Of a DNA stretch of 64,000 nt, positions 36,307 to 48,200 are shown piece by piece (the first letter of the stretch is position 1; each line of letters begins with the position of its first letter). The notes beneath the pieces were generated by a model. It was not told where the DNA came from. It worked only from the letters and a program-made list of their open reading frames with translations, and searched no databases. This stretch comes from Dendrobates tinctorius (taxonomy: Eukaryota): contig NW_027361840.1 in the NCBI RefSeq assembly GCF_039654945.1, positions 2,728,001 to 2,792,000 of the forward strand, given 5' to 3'. The position numbers were made by a program, and so were the translations under genes.

Positions 36307-36915
36307 TTAGATCAGGAATAGAACAGCCATTTATAGGACATTTCATAACTTTCCCAAATTCCTATGAAAAAATATTCAGCACATTCTGCACTGAATTACT
36401 GCACCCAATTTATTATATATTTTAGGAGTTGGAGTCGGTCCATTTTATACCGACTCCAACTCTGACGCCACCAAAATGAGCTCCGACTCCACGACTCCGA
36501 CTCCACAGGCCTGCCCTCCGGTATGATGATGATGATGATGTCACGAGTCGGTGGCTGTGTGGTGTCGTTTACAGATGAGATAAAACCTTGGCGGCTCCCG
36601 GTCACATGACGTCTCCCGGTCACATGACGTCTCCAGATGATAGACCCCTGAGGTCAATGCCTCTTCAGATTCGGCTGACCGCAGAGAGCTCTAGCTGACG
36701 GGTAACTCGCCCTCCAGAAGAGCTGCCGAGGTTTTATTGTAAGTCTGCAAAAACTCATTTCTTATAAATGGACGTTTCACCCGTTTCTCCAGATGTGAAC
36801 CGCCCGGGCCACGTATAGTCATCAGGACCTCCCCTAATCAGAAGGCCGTCAGCCGGGGAGGCGCCACTAGTCACCGCACAGGACCCCCGTCTCACGTCTG
36901 CTCTGCACACCCCCA

Positions 36916-39900
36916 TGCTTTACACTGCATCCTTTCTCGCTTGGGGCCCAGTGGTGGTCAGCGGCTCATGCTTAGCTGCATTGTGTATCTGCGTTTCGGC
37001 TCAGGCTGCTGCTGTATTCCTGCCTGCTTTACACTGCAGCCTTTCTCCATTGGGGCCCAGTGGTGGTCAGCGGCTCATGCTTAGCTGCATTGTGTATCTG
37101 CGTCTCTGCTCAGGCTGCTGCTGCTGTATTCCTGCCTGCTTTACACTGCAGCCTTTCTCCCTTGGGGCTCAGTGGTGGTCAGCGGCTCATGCTTAGCTGC
37201 ATTGTGTATCTGCGTCTCGGCTCAGGCTGCTGCTGTATTCCTGCCTGCTTTACACTGCAGCCTTTCTCCATTGGGGCCCAGTGGTGGTCAGCGGCTCATG
37301 CTTAGCTGCATTGTGTATCTGCGTCTCGGCTCAGGCTGCTGCTGTATTCCTGCCTGCTTTACACTGCAGCCTTTCTCCATTGGGGCCCAGTGGTGATCAG
37401 CGGCTCGTGCTTAGCTGCATTGTGTATCTGCGTCTCTGCTCAGGCTGCTGCTGCTGTATTCCTGCCTGCTTTACACTGCAGCCTTTCTCCCTTGGGGCCC
37501 AGTGGTGGTCAGCGGCTCATGCTTAGCTGCATTGTGTATCTGCGTCTCGGCTCAGGCTGCTGCTGTATTCCTGCCTGCTTTACACTGCAGCCTTTCTCCA
37601 TTGGGGCCCAGTGGTGATCAGCGGCTCAGGCTTAGCTGCATTGTGTATCTGCGTCTCGGCTCAGGCTGCTGCTGCTGTATTCCTGCCTGCTTTACACTGC
37701 AGCCTTTCTCCCTTGGGGCCCAGTGGTGGTCAGCGGCTCATTCTTAGCTGCATTGTGTATCTGCGTCTCGGCTCAGGCTGCTGCTGTATTCCTGCCTGCT
37801 TTACACTGCGGCCTTTCTCCCTTGGGGCCCAGTAGTGGTCAGCGGCTCATGCTTAGCTGCATTGTGTATCTGCATCTCGGCTCAGTTGGCTGCTGTATTC
37901 CTGCCTGCTTTACACTGCAGCCTTTCTCCCTTGGGGCCCAGTAGTGGTCAGCGGCTCATGCTTAGCTGCATTGTGTATCTGCGTCTCAGCTCAAGCTGCT
38001 GCTGTATTCCTGCCTGCTTTACACTGCAGCCTTTCTCCCTTGGGGCCCAGTGATGGTCAGCGGCTCATGCTTAGCTGCATTGTGTATCTGCGTCTCAACT
38101 CAGGTTGCTGCTGCTGTATTCCTGCCTGCTTTACACTGCAGCCTTTCTCCATTGGGGCCCAGTGGTTATTAGCGGCCCATGCTTAGCTGCATTGTTTAAC
38201 TGTGTCTCGGCTCAGGCTGCTGCTGCTGTATTCCTGCCTGCTTTACACTGCAGCCTTTCTCCCTTGGGGCCCAGTGGTGGTCAGCGGCTCATGCTTAGCT
38301 GCATTGTGTATCTGCATGTCGGCTCAGGCTGCTGCTGCTGTATTCCTGCCTGCTTTACACTGCAGCCTTTCTCCCTTGGGGCCCAGTGGTGGTCAGCGGC
38401 TCATGCTTAGCTGCATTGTGTATCTGCATGTCGGCTCAGGCGGCTGCTGCTGTATTCATGCCTGCTTTACACTGCAGCCTTTCTCCCTTGGGGCCCAGTG
38501 GTGATCAGCGGCTCGGGCTTAGCTGCATTATGTATCTGCGTCTCGGCTCAGGTTGCTGCTGCTGTATTCCTGCCTGCTTTACAGTGCAGCCTTTCTCCAT
38601 TGGGGCCCAGTGGTGGTCAGCGGCTCATGCTTAGCTGCATTGTGTATCTGCGTCTCGGCTCAGGCTGCTGCTGCTGTATTCCTGCCTGGTTTACACTGCA
38701 GTCTTTCTCCATTGGGGCCCAGTGGTGGTCAGCGGCTCATGCTTAGCTGCATTGTGTATCTGCGTCTCGGCTCAGGCTGCTGCTCTATTCCTGCCTGCTT
38801 TACACTGCAGTCTTTCTCCATTGGGGCCCAGTGGTGATCAGCGGCTCGGGCTTAGCTGCATTGTGTATCTGCGTCTCGGCTCAGGCTGCTGCTGTATTCC
38901 TGCCTGCTTTACACTGCAGCCTTTCTCCATTGGGGCCCAGTGGTGATCAGCGGCTCTTGCTTAGCTGCATTGTGTATCTGCGTCTCGGCTCAGGCTGCTG
39001 CTGTATTCCTGCCTGCTTTACACTGCAGCCTTTCTCCATTGGGGCCCAGTGGTGATCAGCGGCTCGGGCTTAGCTGCATTGTGTATCTGCGTCTCGGCTC
39101 AGGCTGCTGCTGTATTCCTGCCTGCTTTACACTGCAGCCTTTCTCCATTGGTGCCCAGGGGTGATCAGCGGCTCGGGCTTAGCTGCGTTGTGTATCTGCG
39201 TCTCGGCTCAGGCTGCTGCTGTATTCCTGCCTGCTTTACACTGCAGTCTTTCTCCATTGGGGCCCAGTGGTGATCAGCGGCTCGGGGTTAGCTGCGTTGT
39301 GTATCTGCGTCTCGGCTCAGGCTGCTGCTGTGTTCCTGCCTGCTTTACACTGCAGCCTTTCTCCATTGGGGCCCAGTGGTGATCAGCGGCTCGGGCTTAG
39401 CTGCGTTGTGTATCTGCGTCTCGGGTCAGGCGGCTGCTGTATTCCTGCCTGCTTTACACTGCAGCCTTTCTCCATTGGGGCCCAGTGGTGATCAGCGGCT
39501 CTTGCTTAACTGCGTTGTGTATCTGCGTCTCGGCTCAGGCTGCTGCTGTATTCCTGCCTGCTTTACACTGCAGCCTTTCTCCATTGGGGCCCAGTAGTGA
39601 TCAGCGGCTCGGGCTTAGCTGTGTTGTGTATCTGCGTCTCAGCTCAGGCTGCTGCTGTATTCCTGCCTGCTTTACACTGCAGCCTTTCTCCATTGGGGCC
39701 CAGTGGTGATCAGCAGCTCGGGCTTAGCTGCATTGTGTATCTGCGTCTCGGCTCAGGCTGCTGCTGTATTCCTGCCTGCTTTACACTGCAGCCTTTCTCC
39801 ATTGGGGCTCAGTGGTGATCAGCGGCTCATGCTTAGCTGCATTGTGTATCTGCGTCTCGGCTCAGGCTGCTGCTGTATTCCTGCCTGCTTTACACTGCAG

Positions 39901-41991
39901 CCTTTCTCCATTGGGGCCCAGTGGTGATCAGCGGCTCGGGGTTAGCTGCATTGTGTATCTGCGTCTCGGCTCAGGCTGCTGCTTGCTGCTGTATTCCTGC
40001 CTGCTTTACACTGCAGCCTTTCTCCATTGGGGCCCAGTGGTGATCAGCGGCTCGGGCTTAGCTGCATTGTGTATCTGCGTCTCGGCTCAGGCGGCTGCTG
40101 TATTCCTGCCTGCTTTACACTGCAGTCTTTCTCCATTGGGGCCCAGTGGTGATCAGCGGCTTGGGGTTAGCTGCGTTGTGTATCTGCGTCTCGGCTCAGG
40201 CTGCTGCTGTGTTCCTGCCTGCTTTACACTGCAGCCTTTCTCCATTGGGGCCCAGTGGTGATCAGCGGCTCGGGCTTAGCTGCATTGTGTATCTGCGTCT
40301 CGGCTCAGGCTGCTGCTGTGTTCCTGCCTGCCTTACACTGCAGCCTTTCTCCATTGGGGCCCAGTGGTAATCAGCGGCTCGGGCTTAGCTGCATTGTGTA
40401 TCTGCGTCTCGGCTCAGGCTGCTGCTGTATTCCTGCCTGCTTTACACTGCAGCCTTTCTCCATTGGGGCTCAGTGGTGATCAGCGGCTCATGCTTAGCTG
40501 CATTGTGTATCTGCGTCTCGGCTCAGGCTGCTGCTGTATTCCTGCCTGCTTTACACTGCAGCCTTTCTCCATTGGGGCCCAGTGGTGATCAGCGGCTCGG
40601 GGTTAGCTGCATTGTGTATCTGCGTCTTGGCTCAGGCTGCTGCTTGCTGCTGTATTCCTGCCTGCTTTACACTGCAGCCTTTCTCCATTGGGGCCCAGTG
40701 GTGATCAGCGGCTCGGGCTTAGCTGCATTGTGTATCTGCGTCTCGGCTCAGGCTGCTGCTGTATTCCTGCCTGCTTTACACTGCAGCCTTTCTCCATTGG
40801 GGCTCAGTGGTGATCAGCGGCTCATGCTTAGCTGCATTGTGTATCTGCGTCTCGGCTCAGGCTGCTGCTGTATTCCTGCCTGCTTTACACTGCAGCCTTT
40901 CTCCATTGGGGCCCAGTGGTGATCAGCGGCTCGGGGTTAGTTGCATTGTGTATCTGCGTCTCGGCTCAGGCTGCTGCTTGCTGCTGTATTCCTGCCTGCT
41001 TTACACTGCAGCCTTTCTCCATTGGGGCCCAGTGGTGATCAGCGGCTCGGGCTTAGCTGCATTGTGTATCTGCGTCTCGGCTCAGGCGGCTGCTGTATTC
41101 CTGCCTGCTTTACACTGCAGTCTTTCTCCATTGGGGCCCAGTGGTGATCAGCGGCTTGGGGTTAGCTGCGTTGTGTATCTGCGTCTCGGCTCAGGCTGCT
41201 GCTGTGTTCCTGCCTGCTTTACACTGCAGCCTTTCTCCATTGGGGCCCAGTGGTGATCAGCGGCTCGGGCTTAGCTGCATTGTGTATCTGCGTCTCGGCT
41301 CAGGCTGCTGCTGTGTTCCTGCCTGCCTTACACTGCAGCCTTTCTCCATTGGGGCCCAGTGGTGATCAGCGGCTCGGGCTTAGCTGCGTTGTGTATCTGC
41401 GTCTCGGCTCAGGCTGCTGCTGTATTCCTGCCTGCTTTACACTGCGGCCTTTCTCCATTGGGGCCCAGTGGTAATCAGCGGCTCGGGCTTAGCTGCGTTG
41501 TGTATCTGCGTCTCGGCTCAGGCTGCTGCTGTATTCCTGCCTGCTTTACACTGCAGCCTTTCTCCATTGGGGCCCAGTGGTGATCAGCGGCTCGGGCTTA
41601 GCTGCATTGTGTATCTGCGTCTCGGCTCAGGCTGCTGCTGTATTCCTGCCTGCTTTACACTGCAGCCTTTCTCCATTGGGGCCCAGTGGTGATCAGCGGC
41701 TCGGGCTTAGCTGCGTTGTGTATCTGCGTCTCGGCTCAGGCTGCTGCTGTGTTCCTGCCTGCTTTACACTGCAGCCTTTCTCCATTGGGGCCCAGTGGTG
41801 ATCAGCGGCTCGGGCTTAGCTGCATTGTGTATCTGCGTCTCGGCTCAGGCTGCTGCTGTGTTCCTGCCTGCTTTACACTGCAGCCTTTCTCCATTGGGGC
41901 CCAGTGGTGATCAGCGGTTCGGGCTTAGCTGCGTTGTGTATCTGCGTCTCGGCTCAGGCTGCTGCTGTGTTCCTGCCTGCTTTACACTGCA
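36916..41991. repeat. 109-bp (109/112/116) tandem array, ~46 copies, upstream of the first SNAP47 coding exon
   Basis: Unit tgctttacactgcagcctttctccattggggcccagtggtgatcagcggctcgggcttagctgcattgtgtatctgcgtctcggctcaggctgctgctgtattcctgcc; length varies in the (CTG)n tract. Confidence 0.97.
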
Positions 41992-43512
41992 TCAAACCCA
42001 TCTGTTCTATGTTGTTGTAGATAAAACAGAAACGAGCACAAGGTTCAAACAATGAAAAAATTATTTTTATTATTCCACATGGAAAAAATCTTTAAATAAT
42101 TACAACACAAATTATAATACAAGCTGACGTAACCTGTATGGCAGGAGTAATGACATGGTGATCAACGCGCCATTATTAACCTTCACCGACCCTTTAATGT
42201 TACTAGTGCGTCCCGGCGACATAATTATTTTGGCCTCCAATCAATGTATGAAGTCCGGCAAAGCCGCAGCCCGTCCACCTCCAGAAGGGAGAGATCCAAG
42301 CACAATTCAACCCCGCACGGAACTGGACTATAATACTAATCCATATTTTACTACATAAAGAAGAAAGTTCATAATGTTCAAAATAAATCTATCTGTACAT
42401 GTTAGTTTAGCCTTTTTGTGTTTGCACTGTATAGATTCGTGTATTTAGTGTTTATGGCTTGGTGTCTTGTCAGTCCCTTTTGCATAGTGTATGTGGCTCT
42501 GTCATCGTAGTGCAGCGGTGTGACGGAGCTGACGGTATAGTCTGGACTTTAGGACCGTTGTGATATATGGAGTAAAGTATGGATTAGTCTTCTCTTCACA
42601 GAGCATGTTTGCCCCTGAGATTGATGATGCCTTGTATAGTATTATCGGCTTTTATGCAATGACGCGTTTTCATGTCTTGGAGAATATAATTATAATAACG
42701 TCGCTCACGTCTGCATTTATCAGGCAGATGACGATCACTTTATCAGACCGTCATTCTGTGGGGTCCTATTGGAATCGCCACCATAGAGCACACGGTTCTC
42801 CTTCACCATTGCTGGGACTCTGATCTCCCCGGCCATTAGGAGTACGCTGACACCCATGCAGGCCTGTCACGATGGCAGCCTGAGTGCTGGCGTCTCACCA
42901 GCCGGAGATGACGGGGCTTTTGAGAGCCAGCGGTGATGTTATGCTGCGCGCCGCCTTTAGTTTGGCTGTTCCAATTCTATACATTTTCATTGGTGCTTTA
43001 ACAATATAAAAACCCACTTTCCCTCTTCCTTGATACGCCCCCTGATGAAGAGGACGAAACGCGCGTCGGGGTGAGGGATGTGGCACCAGGCTATATACAT
43101 GTGAGCTATGATATAATCATTGGACGGGCACTGGTTCCTTGCTGGAGTGAATTGTGCTTGGATCTCTCCCTTGTTCTGGAGGTGGACGGGCTGCGGCTTT
43201 GCCGGACTTCATACATTGATTGGAGGCCAAAATAATGATGGCGCCGGGCCGCACTAGTAACATTAAAGGGTCGGTGAAGGTTAATAATGGCGCGTTGATA
43301 TCCATGTCATTACTCCTGCCATACAGGTTACGTCAGCTTGTATGATAATTTGTGTTGTAATTATTTAAAGATTTTTTCCATGTGGAATAATAAAAATGAT
43401 TTTTTCATTGTTTGAACCTTGTGCTCGTTTCTGTTTTATCTACAACAACATAGAACAGATGGGTTTGATGTCATTGTGGGAGGCACATTAATGTTTGGGG
43501 TTTTTGGTTGAT
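41992..43512 (+). mobile_element. Non-coding Penelope-type element with inverted terminal segment, hammerhead and 3' tail
   Basis: ~320-bp inverted arms 41990-42309 / 43148-43470; 42-nt unpaired tail 43471-43512; 14-bp direct repeat TGCTTTACACTGCA at 41978-41991 and 43513-43526. Confidence 0.85.
43036..43073 (+). ncRNA. Minimal type I hammerhead ribozyme
   Basis: cgcccc-CTGATGA-agaggac-GAAAC GCGC GTC-ggggtg. Perfect core, 6-bp stem I, vestigial stem II, palindromic ACGCGCGT stem III, predicted cleavage after C43067. Confidence 0.85.
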
Positions 43513-43601
43513 TGCTTTACACTGCAGCCTTGCTCTCCTGATTTGTGTTCGTGCAGACTCAGCAGTTCTCTGTTGATTTTGCAGATTGATCTCGGACCCT
43601 G

Positions 43602-44092
43602 ATGAGTAAGGATCCCGCCGTCCGGAGCTGGAGCTGCTCCTACTACCTGGCCAGCGAGAAGCGATGGCGTCCGGGGCGGCTGTCGCTGACCGCCACTCAC
43701 CTGCGCCTCCAGCTGGACGGAGCCGAGCACTGCGCAGTGAGCGTCCCGCTGTCCTGCATCAATGAGATGAAGAAGGAGTCGTCCAGTTACATCTTCAGCG
43801 CCATCACGGTGCTGGCGCGCGGCGGGCACAAGCACTGGTTCAGCTCGCTGGCGCCCAGCAGGAACGCCGTCTTCACCGTGCTGGAGCACTTCTGGAGGGA
43901 GCAGCTCCTGTCACCGCGAGGGGAGCAGGGGACCCCCAACACCTCCCGGGGGGCCGAGCTCATCGCCATCATGTCCGGCTCCCAGAGACGCCTGGAGGAC
44001 ACCACCCGGGTCCTGCACCACCAGGGGGAGCAGCTGGGCAACATCACGAGCGGCCTGAGCAAGATAGAGGGCGACATGGCCACCGCCGACAG
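43602..44092 (+). CDS. SNAP47: SNAP47 first coding exon (PH-like domain and start of SNARE motif 1)
   Basis: Acceptor ttttgcag|43585; MSKDPAVRSWSCSYYL...KHWFSSLAPSRNAVF...GSQRRLEDTTRVLHHQGEQL...ADR; donor AG|gtaaga. Confidence 0.95.
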
Positions 44093-44099
44093 GTAAGAG

Positions 44100-44585
44100 T
44101 CATCCTGAGCCCCCTGCTGCACGAGGCCAAGGATGGAGAGCAGAGGATGTACCATTAACCCCCTGCTGCCTACACTGCTCATCCTGAGCCCCCTGCTGCA
44201 CGAGATCAGGGCCAGGGATGGAGAACAGAGGATCTACCATTAACCCCCTGCTGCCTGCACTGCTCATCCTGTGCCTCCTGCTGCAGGAGAGCAAGGCCAG
44301 GGATCGAGAGCAGAGGATCTACCATTAACCCCCTGCTGCCTGCACTGCTCATCCTGTGCCTCCTGCTGCAGGAGAGCAAGGCCAGGGATCGAGAGCAGAG
44401 GATCTACCATTAACCCCCTGCTGCCTGCACTGCTCATCCTGTGCCTCCTGGTGCACGAGATCAGGGCCAGGGATGGAGAGCAGAGGATCTACCATTAACC
44501 CCCTGCTGCCTGCACGGCTCATCCCGAGCCTCATGAGTGCAGGACCGGGGATACTGAGCAGAGGATCTACCATTAACCCCTTGCT
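44100..44585. repeat. ~85-bp tandem repeat (~5.5 copies) in a SNAP47 intron
   Basis: gagcagaggatctaccattaaccccctgctgcctgcactgctcatcctg... recurs about every 85 bp. Confidence 0.9.
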
Positions 44586-44746
44586 ATATTATGCTCTGGC
44601 CTTGTGTTCATGAACCAGGAGGTGCAGGATGAGCACGATCTATGGTGGTCCGGCAGTCGCCTCCAGCACAGCCGGCATTGGTACGGTGACCCTAGGGGTC
44701 GGGTGCGATGGTCTGCAGCGACGCTCTCTGGTTGTCGTCCCCGCAG

Positions 44747-45219
44747 GATGCTGTCAGTCCTGGAGTCTCCGTCCTGGTGGCCGTTCAGCAGGAATCCTTG
44801 GAAGAGGACGACGAGTACAGAAGCTGCGGCGTCCTCCCTGAGCCGCGGGAAGGACGGCGTCATCACTGTCATCCCCATCGTCTTCTGCCGTCACCCCGAC
44901 GTCACCCTCCGCCCGGGACACCTGACGCTCCTGCTGTCCGCCCTGGAGATCTGTGACTGCGACCTCCGGCCGGTGCAGCGCTACCAGCGGCAGGACGTGG
45001 ACGACATCAGGGTGGTGAGCGGCCACGAGATGAGGGTCCGGCAGAGGTTCATCGGGCGGCCGGACGTCACCTGCAGCGTCATCTCCGCCAGATTGCCGGA
45101 CGTCCTCCCCCTGCTGGAGCTGCAGTACAAGGGCAAGATGGAGGTCCTGGAGGAGGCAGCCGTGGTCCGAGACAAGGGCCGCGCACCCCCCAGCGACAGG
45201 AGTCCGGGGTGGCAGACGG
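44747..45219 (+). CDS. SNAP47: SNAP47 second coding exon (473 nt); later exons not found in the window
   Basis: ccgcag|(R)MLSVLESPSWWPFS...DVDDIRV...RQRFIGRPD...ELQYKGKMEVLEEA...WQT(G)|gtaagc; phase consistent with the previous exon. Confidence 0.95.
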
Positions 45220-45254
45220 GTAAGCACAGCAGCCCGCGCCGAGAACATCCGCCG

Positions 45255-48200
45255 TATACTCCACTCACACCCAGAGCTGCACTCACTATTCTGCGCTCTT
45301 ATACTCCACTCACACCCAGAGCTACACTCACTATTCTGGGTTCTAATACTCCACTCACAACCAGAGCTGCACTCACTATTCTGCGCTCTTATACTCCGCT
45401 CACACCCAGAGCTACAAACACTATTCTGCGCTCTTATACTCCACTCATACCCAGAGCTGCACTCACTATTCTGGGTTCTTATACTCCACTCACAACCAGA
45501 GCTGCACTCACTATTCTGCGCTCTTATACTCCACTCACACCCAGAGCTACAAACACTATTCTGCGCTCTTATACTCCACTCATACCCAGAGCTGCACTCA
45601 CTATTCTGGGTTCTTATACTCCACTCACACCCAGAGCTGCACTCACTATTCTGCGCTCTTATACTCCACTCACACCCAGAGCTGCACACACTACTGTGCG
45701 TTCTTATACTCCACTCACACCCACAGCTGCACTCGCTATTCTGCGTTTTTATACTCCACTCATACCCAGAGCTGCACTCACTATTATGCGTTCTTATACT
45801 CCACTCACAACCAGAGCTGCACTCACTATTCTGGGTTCTTATACTCCACTCACACCCAGAGCTCCACTCACTATTCTGCGTTCTTATACTCCACTCACAC
45901 CCAGAGCTGCACTCGCTATTCTGCGTTCTTATACTCCACTCACACCCAGAGCTGCACTCGCTATTCTGCGTTCTTATACTCCACTCACACTGAGAGCTCC
46001 ACTCACTATTCTGCGTTCTTATACTCCACTCACAACCAGAGCTGCACTCACTATTCTGCGTTCTTATACTCCACTCACACCCAGAGCTGCAAACGCTATT
46101 CTGCGCTCTTATACTCCACTCATACCCAGAGCTGCACTCACTATTCTGGGTTCTTATACTCCACCCACACCCAGAGCTCCACTCACTATTCTGCGTTCTT
46201 ATACTCCACTCACACCCAGAGCTGTACACACTATTCTGCGCTCTTATACTCCACTCATACCCAGAGCTGCACACACTACTGTGCGTTCTTATACTCCACT
46301 CACAACCAGAGCTGCACTCACTATTCTGCGATCTTATACTCCACTCACACCCAGAGCTCCACTCACTATTCTGCGTTCTTATACTCCACTCACACCCAGA
46401 GCTGCACTCACTATTATGCGTTCTTATACTCCACTCACACCCAGAGCTCCATTCGCTATTGTGCGCTCTTATACTCCACTCACACCCAGAGCTGCACTCA
46501 CTGTTCTGCATTCTTATAATCCACTCACACCCAGAGCTGCACTCACTATTCTGCGTTCTTATACTCCACTCATACCCAGAGCTGCACTCACTATTCTGCG
46601 TTCTTATACTCCACTCATACCCAGAGCTGCACTCACTATTCTGCGTTCTTATACTCCACTCACACCCAGAGATGCACACACTATTCTTCGTTCTTATACT
46701 CCACTCACACCCACAGCTGCACTCGCTATTCTGCGTTCTTATACTCCACTCATACCCAGAGCTGCACTCACTATTATGCGTTCTTATACTCCACTCACAA
46801 CCAGAGCTGCACTCACTATTCTGCGCTCTTATACTCCACTCACACCCAGAGCTGCACTCGCTCTTCTGCGTTCTTAAACTCCACTCACACCCAGAGCTCC
46901 ACTCACTATTCTGCGTTCTTATACTCCACTCATACCCAGAGCTGCACTCACTATTATGCGTTCTTATACTCCACTCACACCCAGAGCTGCACTCACTATT
47001 CTGGGTCCGTATACACCACTCATACCCAGAGCTGCACTCACTATTCTGGATTCTTATACTCCACTCACAACCAGAGCTGCACTCACTATTCTGCGCTCTT
47101 ATACTCCACTCACACCCAGAGCTACAAACACTATTCTGCGCTCTTATACTCCACTCATACCCAGAGCTGCACTCACTATTCTGTGTTCTTATACTCCACT
47201 CACACCCAGAGCTGCACTCACTATTCTGGATTCTTATACTCCAATCACAACCAGAGCTGCACTCACTATTCTGCGCTCTTATACTCCACTCACACCCAGA
47301 GCTACAAACACTATTCTGCGCTCTTATACTCCACTCATACCCAGAGCTGCACTCACTATTCTGGGTTCTTATACTCCACTCACACCCAGAGCTGCACTCA
47401 CTATTCTGCGCTCTTATACTCCACTCATACCCAGAGCTGCACTCACTATTCTGGGTTCTTATACTCCACTCACAACCAGAGCTGCACTCACTATTCTGCG
47501 CTCTTATACTCCACTCACACCCAGAGCTACAAACACTATTCTGCGCTCTTATACTCCACTCATACCCAGAGCTGCACTCACTATTCTGGGTTCTTATACT
47601 CCACTCACACCCTGAGCTGCACTCACTATTCTGCGCTCTTATACTCCACTCACACCCAGAGCTGCACACACTACTGTGCGTTCTTATACTCCACTCACAC
47701 CCACAGCTGCACTCGCTATTCTGCGTTCTTATACTCCACTCATACCCAGAGCTGCACTCACTATTATGCGTTCTTATACTCCACTCACAACCAGAGCTGC
47801 ACTCACTATTCTGGGTTCTTATACTCCACTCACACCCAGAGCTCCACTCACTATTCTGCGTTCTTATACTCCACTCACACCCAGAGCTGCACTCGCTATT
47901 CTGCGTTCTTATACTCCACTCACACCCAGAGCTGCACTCGCTATTCTGCGTTCTTATACTCCACTCACACCCAGAGCTCCACTCCCTATTCTGCGTTCTT
48001 ATACTCCACTCACAACCAGAGCTGCACTCACTATTCTGCGTTCTTATACTCCACTCACACCCAGAGCTGCAAACGCTATTCTGCGCTTTTATACTCCACT
48101 CATACCCAGAGCTGCACTCACTATTCTGGGTTCTTATACTCCACCCACACCCAGAGCTGCACACACTATTCTGCGCTCTTATACTCCACTCATACCCAGA

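Larger units (their letters stand above)
32725..36513. mobile_element. Non-autonomous hAT element hosting nested Tc1, L2 and a Harbinger MITE
   Basis: TIRs CAGGGCTGTGGAGTCGG / CCGACTCCACAGGCCTG; 8-bp TSD CCCTCCGG at 32717-32724 and 36514-36521; subterminal CGACTC repeats. Confidence 0.92.

Noticed and set aside
36915-42055. Dozens of ~74-aa Cys-rich ORFs resembling a peptide or toxin gene cluster, or a CRISPR-like array
   Set aside because: They are frame-shifting translations of a 109-bp repeat. There are no unique spacers, and no hammerhead core was seen in the unit on either strand.
42155-43305. Two near-identical small ORFs (MVINAPLL.../MDINAPLL...) on opposite strands
   Set aside because: A by-product of the inverted arms of the Penelope-type element; no recognisable domain.
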